A program made the translations under genes and the position numbers. The notes under the pieces are model-generated. The model saw only the letters and a program-made list of their open reading frames with translations. It had not been told where the DNA came from and ran no database searches. This document shows positions 8,094 to 16,311 of a DNA stretch of 27,395 nucleotides, piece by piece. Within the stretch, counting starts at the first letter, position 1, and every line of letters starts with the position of its first letter. The stretch is from an uncultured virus (IMG/VR IMGVR_UViG_2871731064_000001) (taxonomy: Duplodnaviria > Heunggongvirae > Uroviricota > Caudoviricetes): IMG/VR virus record IMGVR_UViG_2871731064_000001; one strand, 5' to 3'.

Positions 8094-8585
8094 ATGTCCG
8101 GATTTTCCAACACGAAAGCCGACACGGCTTTTCTGAAAAAGCGCTTTAACCAGAACCTTGCCGCGGGTGAAAAACTTATCGGCTCTGAGTACTGGATGAC
8201 CGTTAAAGGCTACCCAAACCTCTCTATTCTGATCCGTACCACTCAGCTGCCGGAAATGGCCCGTGAGGACGTGGAAGACGTGGCACCAGGTGGCATGAAA
8301 TTCAATCAGCATGGTTCCATTAAGAACTCTGGTGAGTTCCAGATGACCTGTGTTGAAACCATTAAAGGCGACGTGTTTGCAGCGGTCCGCAAGATGGTGC
8401 TTAACAAGGAATATGTGGATCTCACGTTTGCTGCTGCAGCAGAGTCTAACAGCGGTGATAGCGCTGGCCTGACCCGCAGTTACCTGCATTGTAAGGTGTA
8501 TTCGGATGCCGTGGATTTTGGCTCTGAAGACACCACTGCAGCTGTGAAGATGCCGCTGCGCGTTGTGTACAACTGGGCTGAATAA
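8094..8585 (+). CDS. bplB: Tail tube protein BplB
   Basis: PEM.REDVED..P.G.KFNQHG.I.NSGE...CVETI.GD and YSDA.DF..ED.TAAV...LR.VYNW motifs as in P1 BplB. Confidence 0.88.
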   Translation: MSGFSNTKADTAFLKKRFNQNLAAGEKLIGSEYWMTVKGYPNLSILIRTTQLPEMAREDVEDVAPGGMKFNQHGSIKNSGEFQMTCVETIKGDVFAAVRKMVLNKEYVDLTFAAAAESNSGDSAGLTRSYLHCKVYSDAVDFGSEDTTAAVKMPLRVVYNWAE

Positions 8586-8587
8586 TC

Positions 8588-9139
8588 ATGACGCCGGTCG
8601 AACTGCTTGAGGCCGTCAAAGCGCGCTTCACGACGCTGCTGGTGGATGAAGAAGAGCTGTTAACCAGCCTTCTCCGCCAGGCACTCGGCGTTTATCAGGA
8701 TCGGGCCGGTGTACCAGGCCGTAAACGCATTGAGAAAACGGGGGGCGCAAGCCTCCCTTTTCCGTCTGATTACCTGTCTCTGGTAAACGTGAACGACTTC
8801 AATGGCGCGCTGGTATATGCCGATCCCTACGATTCAACCATTGAGCTTGAGCTGACTGGCCGCGAGAAATGGCCGTTTACCCTGCTCTACTTTCGCAATA
8901 TCCGCGACTGCGATTACAAAGAAACGCAGTTACCGGCAGACATTACCGGGCTGCTTGAAGACTACCTGGAAGTGCTGATCGCTATCCCGAACGTAGAGCG
9001 CCTGCGCCGTTTGCACATCGCCGGGAAGTTTGACGCATCCTTTCTGCCGGACGAGGCAACGCTCCACCAGCGTAAAACCGATCTGGAAATGCAGATCTCC
9101 GCAAGCCGGGCAATCATTCCCGCAATGAGCACGTGGTAA
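8588..9139 (+). CDS. pmgC: Head-tail adaptor PmgC
   Basis: MTP..LLE.VK.RFT.L..DE, ALG.YQDRAG, DYLEVLIAIPN..RLRR..IAGK.DAS motifs as in P1 PmgC. Confidence 0.85.
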   Translation: MTPVELLEAVKARFTTLLVDEEELLTSLLRQALGVYQDRAGVPGRKRIEKTGGASLPFPSDYLSLVNVNDFNGALVYADPYDSTIELELTGREKWPFTLLYFRNIRDCDYKETQLPADITGLLEDYLEVLIAIPNVERLRRLHIAGKFDASFLPDEATLHQRKTDLEMQISASRAIIPAMSTW

Positions 9140-9148
9140 GGGGGCGCT

Positions 9149-9871
9149 ATGAGCTTTTTTAACGGCCTGGCTGGGAACATCAAAGGCTTTGCCACCAGCA
9201 CGGCCAAACAGGCCGGAAGCAATTTGATATCCAACATTCTATCCCGTGCCTCCGCCAGCATGAGCGGCGGCGCCGGCGCATCGTATGGCGGTCTGCCACC
9301 TGAACTGGCCAATGCAAAAACCATCCTTGAAATGGCTATGCGCATCCGTTATGCGCAGGGCTGGCAGTGGAACATCGAGATAGACGGCTTCTCCCGCGTG
9401 GACATGTACGTGAAAGATATCACCTACAGCACGGGCAATGTTGAGACTGAAAGCAAGCTGATTGGCGGTAACGAGTTTGTGAAGCCCACTCACGTTACGG
9501 CGGGCTCTGTCTCGATGACCGTTCGTGATAACGAGGATGGCGAACTTCTCCAGAAGTTTAAGGAGCGTCGTGCGCGGATCCATAACGGAGACGGCACCTT
9601 TAATCTGCCGCCAGCCTACCTGCTTAACATCCGGATCTATCGCGTCTCACAGGACGGTCGCGCCACGCTGGAAGAGGAAATGAAAGGCTTTATCACTACG
9701 ATCGGTGAGATTTCCCGCGCCCGTGATGCCGTAGGCGAGTTTGCCACCATTCCGGTGACGTTCGTGAAGTACACCAGCGCCGGAAGTCTCGCAAACGGAT
9801 TGCTGAAAGGAGTAACCGGGGGAATTACAAACCAGGTTCAATCATCCGCATCAAACCTCATTAAATTCTGA
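9149..9871 (+). CDS. tub: Tail tube-like baseplate protein Tub
   Basis: AQGWQ...E.DG, KDITY, VRD..DG, N.DGT.N.P..YLLN.RIYR motifs as in P1 Tub. Confidence 0.85.
   Translation: MSFFNGLAGNIKGFATSTAKQAGSNLISNILSRASASMSGGAGASYGGLPPELANAKTILEMAMRIRYAQGWQWNIEIDGFSRVDMYVKDITYSTGNVETESKLIGGNEFVKPTHVTAGSVSMTVRDNEDGELLQKFKERRARIHNGDGTFNLPPAYLLNIRIYRVSQDGRATLEEEMKGFITTIGEISRARDAVGEFATIPVTFVKYTSAGSLANGLLKGVTGGITNQVQSSASNLIKF
9821..9842 (+). promoter_or_regulatory. Candidate late promoter inside the tub 3' end (copy 5, imperfect -10)
   Basis: GGAATTACAAAC-cagg-TTCAAT, 41 nt before the pmgB start. Confidence 0.4.
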
Positions 9872-9882
9872 AGGACAACACA

Positions 9883-10701
9883 GTGATCATTCCTCCACTG
9901 CCGCTGGCGTCGCGCCCTACTACTGAAATCATCTTCCGTCAGCCCGTGATCAAAGACGCCCTAAAGTACTGCTCTCCTGACGTGCTCGGCGACGAGCGGC
10001 GCGTTACGGAATACCTGAATGCACTGCAGGAAGGCCCGATTGATGATAGCCGCGACTGGACCGCACAGGAACGACGCACAGCGCTGTGGTGGATCATGAT
10101 TAACAGCCGCGCTGATAACCTGGAGGCGTTTCACTACAGCTGTGAGCACTGCCAGGAGCTTCACACCTATGACTTTGATCTGGGCGAGTTGGCGGAGACC
10201 GTTGAGCTGCTGACCATTGCGCCCTATGAGCGCGTCAATGTCCCGGTCAATGGTGTACCGACTGAGTGGACACTTAAGCCGTTGACCGGGCGCGGGCAGG
10301 AAATGCTGGAGCGTATGCGCGCCGGTCTGCCGGATGCTGACGCTCTGGATTATGAAGCCGCCATTATGCGCATGCGCATCGCGGAGTTCGCGCTTTGCAC
10401 CGCGTTAGATGACGATCCGGAAGACTATGAAGAGGCCGCAAATCGCCGCTTCGACATACTGGAAAGCATGGTTCCCGATCTCGAGTTCGCGCCGCTGGTG
10501 GCTCACATTCAGCTGATGCAGCGCAATCTCCGGCATGGCCTACTGATGCAAATCACACAGGGTGAGGTTCGTCTTCTGCTCCCGCCATGCGCCTGCGAAA
10601 AGGAGGGCATGCAGATGAACACGACTCAACTGTTTATCCCATTTCGCTCTGGATTTTTTGTTCCACGATTTTCACCTCAGTGGATGGCTAACCATCATTG
10701 A
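9883..10701 (+). CDS. pmgB: PmgB, baseplate hub/tail assembly chaperone with CxxC motif
   Basis: PL.SRPT..I.FRQP, WTAQ.R.TALWWI, CEHC motifs. Directly upstream of the tape measure gene. Confidence 0.85.
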   Translation: MIIPPLPLASRPTTEIIFRQPVIKDALKYCSPDVLGDERRVTEYLNALQEGPIDDSRDWTAQERRTALWWIMINSRADNLEAFHYSCEHCQELHTYDFDLGELAETVELLTIAPYERVNVPVNGVPTEWTLKPLTGRGQEMLERMRAGLPDADALDYEAAIMRMRIAEFALCTALDDDPEDYEEAANRRFDILESMVPDLEFAPLVAHIQLMQRNLRHGLLMQITQGEVRLLLPPCACEKEGMQMNTTQLFIPFRSGFFVPRFSPQWMANHH

Positions 10702-10825
10702 CAACCTGACGCTGACAGCCCGCCAGCCCGTAGGTGACGTTGACGCACTACCTTTATGGCGTGCTATTCAGATGAACAACACGCTCACAGAACAATTGAG
10801 AAGAAGCAGAAGCGGATCTGAATGA
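10619..10825 (+). CDS. Unannotated +1-frame ORF, probable gpT/gpE'-like extension of PmgB
   Basis: 68 open codons in the +1 frame (…HDFHLSGWLTIIDNLTLTARQPVGDVDALPLWRAIQMNNTLTEQLRRSRSGSE*). Fills the pmgB-sit gap, and its stop overlaps the sit ATG (ATGA). Confidence 0.6.
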   Translation, partial: TRLNCLSHFALDFLFHDFHLSGWLTIIDNLTLTARQPVGDVDALPLWRAIQMNNTLTEQLRRSRSGSE

Positions 10826-13800
10826 AGAATTTCCAGGAATTTAACCAGATTATTGACGCAATTGAGATTGCCAGCCGTGACCAACTAAAGGAAATGGCTC
10901 TTATACGTCAGGAAATATCAAAATTACGCCCTTCTCAACACTTGAATAACCGCCAGGAGACTACAGGGATGCGTGTTACACGATCCCTTTCCCGGCAAGT
11001 AGGTGAAGAAAGAAAAGAAAAAAGCCATCATAAAAATGACGCTTTAAAGGAAAAAAATAAGACAGAAAGTAAAATAAAATTACCTACAGAAATAAATGAC
11101 ATTTTAAGCGTCAAAAAAAGGCGTTTGAAAGGTGATAAATCGCCTTTAGAAGGTAATAAAAACAAAAACTCCGTGTCTTTAGATAACTGGAGGCAGTCTA
11201 AAGGGCAGGCAAGTGAAGAAAATTTACCTTTAAACGGTAATAAAAAAACGAGCTTGAGTGTTGCTGGTGGCGTTTCAAGTGTCAGAAATGTACGTTCTGT
11301 TCGTCAGTCGAAAGCTGATTTAGAAGTGGAGTCTGAAACCAGTACGGCTGGGGGTAACACGCCTGGTCGTGATGCCGGGGGCCGCTTTAAAGCACGTACA
11401 GATTCTGCCGCTGCGTCAGCTGAAACCCAGGAAAAAAATGCGCGCCGCGCTGAGCAAAAACAACAGCAGGGATTTTTCCGATCACTGGGGAGCATGCTGG
11501 AATCTGCCACTGAAACGAACAGCGATAGTATGTCTTCAGGCGCAGACATTGCTGGCACGGCTGCTGGTGGTCCGCTCTGGATGATGGGTAAAGGCATGTA
11601 TGACATTTCTGCCGAAGTCGGTAAGAACGTCGTTACGCTAAAAAACTTCATGCAGGGTAAAACGGAAGGCAACGCTGCGCTGAAAATGGAGCCTCCATTA
11701 ATTCATCCACCTGTGACTACCGAAGCCAGAACGCCACCAGCAATCGGTAAGCCAAAATCCGCAGACGGTTTTAAAAACGCTCAACAGGCTAAGGCTATCC
11801 AGGTCACGCAGGAACAAACCAAAGTTATCGCCGCCAATGACGATCGCATTGTGGATGCTCTGGACGACGTGCGCGAGGAAGTCAAAAAGCTGTCTCATAC
11901 GTCCAGTAAAGGCGCTGGCGGGCTGATGGACTCGCTGATTCCGGGCAGGCGTAAACGCCGCGGCCGTAAACGCGGACCTCTGTCAGCTGCTGCTGATGTG
12001 GCTGACGTAGCCGGAGATCTGCTGCCGGACGGTAAAGGCAAGCCGGATGCCTCTAAACCCAAGCCAAAACCGAAAAAGAAAGGTCTGCTGGCAAAGGCAA
12101 TGGAAGTGCTGAAAGGCGGCAAAAAGGCTGCAACGGTCGCCGGTGCAGCGGCGACAACTGCTGCTGCCGGTGCAACTATTGCCGCTGGCGGTGTGTCTGG
12201 AAAAGAAGTGTCTAAAGCTGGCGAGAAGGCTACTCAGACTGCAGCTGAGAAAACAACGGAAAAGGGAGGGCTGAAAGTTGCCGGTAAAGTCGCCGGTAAA
12301 ACTGCGCTTAAAGCGATCCCATTGGTCGGGACCGTTATCGGCGCGGGCATGGACGCATACGAAGGGTACAACGACACAGACGGCCAGCAGAGAGCCTTTG
12401 GTGTTAAAGAAGGCGATACCATCAGCGGCAGGCAGAAGAGCGAGTACACCACCGCCAACGTGCTGAATATGGGCGGACTGGTATCTGGTGCGTCCGGCCT
12501 GCTGGCGTCCGGCGCTTCTGCGCTGGGTATGAACGGGATTGCGAAATCACTTACATTTGATACCGGCGATATAGCTAAGGGGCTGGATTCGGGGCTAAGC
12601 AAGGTAGGTGACATGTTCAGCGCCTTCTCAACCAGTGCGTCGGGCGTATATGACAAGCTAACCGGCACCAGCGCTGAACAGACGAAAGCGATCACCGATG
12701 GCACTACCAAAACCATCACGGCAATTAACCGCCTGGGTTCACAGCTGCAGGGTGGCGAGTGGGGCGAGGACGGCGTAGGTACGCAGGGCAAAAGCACCGC
12801 TGATTATGCCGACGTTGCGAAAAACAGCATCGGCGCTGATCTTAATGTGGGTGGCGCAAATGCGAAGGTCCGATCCTTCCGCAACAACAACTTTGGCAAC
12901 CTGAACTATGTCGGGCAAGAGGGCGCAAGCCTGGAGGCCAAAAACGGCAAAGGCGAAGCGCGATTTGCCAAATTCAACACGCCGGAGGAAGGATTCAGGG
13001 CGCTGGCGAACCAGCTAACCAGCTATTCAGAAGGCACCTCTAAAGCTGCCGGATACCAAAAACTGAATACCGTACAGGACATTATCAAGCTGTACGCGCC
13101 GGAGAGCGAAAACAACACGTCACAGTACGTGGATTCGCTCTCTAAAAAGCTGGGCGTGCGTGGCGATGAGCAGCTGAATCTGAAAGATCCAAAAGTCATG
13201 ACGCAGATGATGCGCGGTATTGCCACTATCGAGGGCGGCAATCCGCAGGTCACGAACGATTTCATGATGAACGCCATTGGCCACAATGAAAATGGTAAAT
13301 GGGTCGGCGGGAAATTTAGCGATGAGTCCTTGAAATCGGTGAATGAAGCGCGTGCGAAGCAGGGGCAGGCACCTATTGCAGCGGACTCACTTTATTCTGC
13401 TGGCGAAAAGGTGAAACTGACAGCGGGCGCGGTGGCACCTGCCGCCGCACTTGCACCAATTTCCGCACCTGTGACAGCACCCGCAGTAGCAGTGCCAGCA
13501 GTCGCCACGACAGCGCCTACGGTCTCGCAGGTTGCTGCAGCAAAGGAAGCCGACAAGAACAAGCCAGCCAGCGGCGCAGTAGAGAAAATCAAACACGCCG
13601 GCGCTGGCGCATGGAGCCAGGTCAAAGCGCTTAATGAGTGGGCTGACGGCAAAGTGCAGGGCGCGACTGAATCACTGGGTGTGGCCGGTATGTCCCGTAA
13701 ACGTCCCACCAGCGGCCTGTCCCTGCCTGCTGGTGAATCACTCCCGGCAGGCCTCCAGCTGGCCGCACTGTCACCGGACCAGATAGCCAGCCGTTCACGT

Positions 13801-14493
13801 CCAGCCGCCACATCTCACGTTTCAACCGACAGCGTGCGCGCCCGTCCCGGCTCTGCCACGTCCGATACGCCGATCACTGTGGCCAGTACCCGTTCACCAG
13901 CTGCAGCACCAGAAGCCAGAGGCCTATTTGATCGCATGCTCGGCGGTGCAAGAGACGGGGTAAACGCCGTCAGCGCCTCGATAATGCCCGCTATCAGCGA
14001 CACCTTTAGTCAGACTCTTGGGGGCTTCAGCGGCAACGACATGGTAAGCAGCGTGCTGGACCAGGCAGGCATTTCTGATCCGGGCATTCTGCGCGCCATT
14101 TCTCCGCTTACAAGCAAAGCTGGTGGCTGGCTCGACAGCGGAACGGAGACGCTGGCCAGCGCCGGTAAGTCATACCTGAGCGGCAGCAGTGCGGCGCATA
14201 CAAGACCTGCACAGCAACCGCTTCTGAATCACCCGGCACAGATCCAGAACGTGACCGATCTTCCGCGCAGCGGCATGCGCCCGATGATGAGCAGCGATAC
14301 CAGCAATCACGATCAGGACATGCTGAAGGAGCTGAAAGGTATGCGCACCCAGCTGGAAGCACTGCTGGGCGTCACGAAGAAAAAAAGCGACACCGCGCCG
14401 GACAAAGTGGTCAACACGGCGCAACCGGCACCACGCACATCATCAACCCTGAGCATCAGTGATCCGGCGCTCAACGACCTACTGCAGGACTAA
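10822..14493 (+). CDS. sit: Tape measure protein Sit with internal lysozyme-fold peptidoglycan hydrolase domain
   Basis: 1223 aa, Ala/Gly/Lys-rich, RDAGGRF motif, AIPLVGTVIGAG segment, RNNNFGNL domain. Lies between pmgB and pmgA as in P1. Confidence 0.88.
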   Translation: MKNFQEFNQIIDAIEIASRDQLKEMALIRQEISKLRPSQHLNNRQETTGMRVTRSLSRQVGEERKEKSHHKNDALKEKNKTESKIKLPTEINDILSVKKRRLKGDKSPLEGNKNKNSVSLDNWRQSKGQASEENLPLNGNKKTSLSVAGGVSSVRNVRSVRQSKADLEVESETSTAGGNTPGRDAGGRFKARTDSAAASAETQEKNARRAEQKQQQGFFRSLGSMLESATETNSDSMSSGADIAGTAAGGPLWMMGKGMYDISAEVGKNVVTLKNFMQGKTEGNAALKMEPPLIHPPVTTEARTPPAIGKPKSADGFKNAQQAKAIQVTQEQTKVIAANDDRIVDALDDVREEVKKLSHTSSKGAGGLMDSLIPGRRKRRGRKRGPLSAAADVADVAGDLLPDGKGKPDASKPKPKPKKKGLLAKAMEVLKGGKKAATVAGAAATTAAAGATIAAGGVSGKEVSKAGEKATQTAAEKTTEKGGLKVAGKVAGKTALKAIPLVGTVIGAGMDAYEGYNDTDGQQRAFGVKEGDTISGRQKSEYTTANVLNMGGLVSGASGLLASGASALGMNGIAKSLTFDTGDIAKGLDSGLSKVGDMFSAFSTSASGVYDKLTGTSAEQTKAITDGTTKTITAINRLGSQLQGGEWGEDGVGTQGKSTADYADVAKNSIGADLNVGGANAKVRSFRNNNFGNLNYVGQEGASLEAKNGKGEARFAKFNTPEEGFRALANQLTSYSEGTSKAAGYQKLNTVQDIIKLYAPESENNTSQYVDSLSKKLGVRGDEQLNLKDPKVMTQMMRGIATIEGGNPQVTNDFMMNAIGHNENGKWVGGKFSDESLKSVNEARAKQGQAPIAADSLYSAGEKVKLTAGAVAPAAALAPISAPVTAPAVAVPAVATTAPTVSQVAAAKEADKNKPASGAVEKIKHAGAGAWSQVKALNEWADGKVQGATESLGVAGMSRKRPTSGLSLPAGESLPAGLQLAALSPDQIASRSRPAATSHVSTDSVRARPGSATSDTPITVASTRSPAAAPEARGLFDRMLGGARDGVNAVSASIMPAISDTFSQTLGGFSGNDMVSSVLDQAGISDPGILRAISPLTSKAGGWLDSGTETLASAGKSYLSGSSAAHTRPAQQPLLNHPAQIQNVTDLPRSGMRPMMSSDTSNHDQDMLKELKGMRTQLEALLGVTKKKSDTAPDKVVNTAQPAPRTSSTLSISDPALNDLLQD

Positions 14494-14496
14494 CAC

Positions 14497-14856
14497 ATGC
14501 AAAACGAAATTGACTGCCTTATGCGCGTGGATCAGGGCGGCGTAGTGGTAAAGAGCGGGGAATCTAATGCCTGGCTTGCCCGGCTGGAAGAATGGTTAAG
14601 AACGCCACAGGGAAGCGTTTATGGCCTGCCGGGATGGGGGAACACCATGCAGGACTTCAAACATGAGCCGGTAGGCTCTGAAACCGGCCACTTAACTGAA
14701 GTTGCCATTGAGGCCGCGCTGATCCGCAAGCTGCGTATCGATCTGCCTGGTCTGGGTCTGCGTGCTATCCGCTGCGCGCCGCAAAATGTCGATACCTGGC
14801 AAATTACATTCATTACATCTTACGGCCCGCTGGCCGTGTCCATGAACAAAAGTTAA
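14497..14856 (+). CDS. pmgA: PmgA, gp25-like baseplate/sheath initiator
   Basis: 119 aa, WL.TP.GSVYG.P.WGN motif (gp25-like). Synteny. Confidence 0.85.
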   Translation: MQNEIDCLMRVDQGGVVVKSGESNAWLARLEEWLRTPQGSVYGLPGWGNTMQDFKHEPVGSETGHLTEVAIEAALIRKLRIDLPGLGLRAIRCAPQNVDTWQITFITSYGPLAVSMNKS

Positions 14857-14868
14857 TCGGGGTAAATT

Positions 14869-16302
14869 GTGAGTATTCAGGAGCTACTGGAAAAATTTAA
14901 CGGACAACTACAGGCGAACAGCTGGTGGAAAAAATTTACCAACAGCCAGTTCATTCAGATGATGGCCGTGTTTGGCGCGCAGATCATCTACGCCGCACAG
15001 ACTACCGCTGAGCGCGGTCTGACTGAGGGTTTTATCTCAACGGCGACGAAGCGATCAAGCATTCTGGCCGCAGCCGAAGACCGTAATTATCTCGGTCACT
15101 TAATCACGCCGTCGTGGGGCAGTGTGAAGATTACCAATAAAACAGATGAAGACATTCAGCTGCCAATCTACGCGGAGTTCCTGTCGAACGCACAGCTGCC
15201 CTATGTCACAACCGATGTGGTGATTATACCTGCTGGCCATAGCGTCGTAGTGAACGACGTCCGCCAGATGGAGCACGTCAACGTGTCATCCGCAATTGAT
15301 GCTGAAGCACCGTTTTATACGGTAATGCTGCCGCGTGATATTACGGAGGAAACAGTTTCAATGGACGTTTACGTGACGGAAAACGAGAACAAAACGCTGT
15401 GGAAGAATAACCCGTTATTTCGTCTGTCCCGTGGCTCAAGCCAGCATTACGTGCTGGTTTACAAACCCTCTGAGCAGCTGGGCGTGCGCTTTGGTGACGG
15501 TGCGATCGGGAAGATGCCGAAGACCGGCAGTAAGGTTGATCTGGATGTGTGGTGCAGCCGGGGCGACACCACTCTGACGCAGGGCCAGAAACTGACGCCA
15601 GCGGGTAATATTGCCGACATGAACAGCAAGATCGAAGTCGTGACTACGACGCCAATCACGGGCGGCAGCGGCTTTGAAAGCACGGAGGAAACGCGCAACC
15701 GGGCACAGTACTACGTGGCCTATGACGAGCAGGTAGTGTGGGGCGGTGATTACAAGTACTTTCTGAATCGTGCTGTACCGGGTATGTCGTGGATCAGTGC
15801 CTGGGGTGAGCAGGAACAGGAGCTATCAACCGGCATTAAGTCACTAAGCAACATCAACACGATTTTCTTCTGTGGTCACAAGCCGGGGTACACGCAGGCT
15901 GAGCTTGAAACCCTGCTCATGACAGCTGTCACATCCATTCCGAATGAGATCAATAAGAAGTTTCGCTACGTCCGGACACAGGAAGAGCCATTCACGCTCT
16001 CACTGACCGCGCTGGCGAAGAAGAACGTCATTCTGTCAGACGCTAAAAAAGCCGTTCAGGAAGCACTTGAGGCACGGTTCGGACGGGATGCAACAACGTT
16101 TGGCGACAGCGATCAGAATGGCGTTGCAGCCGGTAAGCACTTCTCACAGGTGCAGGTAAAAGACCTGTGGCGCGTGATTGAAGAGCTGAACCTGTTTATC
16201 TCCTATGAGCTGACCCCGCACGATATGAAAACGGCCCTGCAGTTGAACGATTTTATTTATCTCGATGTGGCTAACTCTACGTTTGATATTAACTACCTGT
16301 AA
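14869..16302 (+). CDS. bplA: Baseplate wedge protein BplA (gpJ/gp6-like)
   Basis: 477 aa with FISTAT.RSSIL..A, VRFGDG..GK.P and ITGG...ES.EE.R motifs. Confidence 0.9.
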   Translation: MSIQELLEKFNGQLQANSWWKKFTNSQFIQMMAVFGAQIIYAAQTTAERGLTEGFISTATKRSSILAAAEDRNYLGHLITPSWGSVKITNKTDEDIQLPIYAEFLSNAQLPYVTTDVVIIPAGHSVVVNDVRQMEHVNVSSAIDAEAPFYTVMLPRDITEETVSMDVYVTENENKTLWKNNPLFRLSRGSSQHYVLVYKPSEQLGVRFGDGAIGKMPKTGSKVDLDVWCSRGDTTLTQGQKLTPAGNIADMNSKIEVVTTTPITGGSGFESTEETRNRAQYYVAYDEQVVWGGDYKYFLNRAVPGMSWISAWGEQEQELSTGIKSLSNINTIFFCGHKPGYTQAELETLLMTAVTSIPNEINKKFRYVRTQEEPFTLSLTALAKKNVILSDAKKAVQEALEARFGRDATTFGDSDQNGVAAGKHFSQVQVKDLWRVIEELNLFISYELTPHDMKTALQLNDFIYLDVANSTFDINYL

Positions 16303-16311
16303 GGCACGGCC

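Noticed and set aside
11076..11097. AAAATTACCTAC in the AT-rich sit patch as a late-promoter box
   Set aside because: No TAnnnT at the 4-nt spacing and no downstream gene start.
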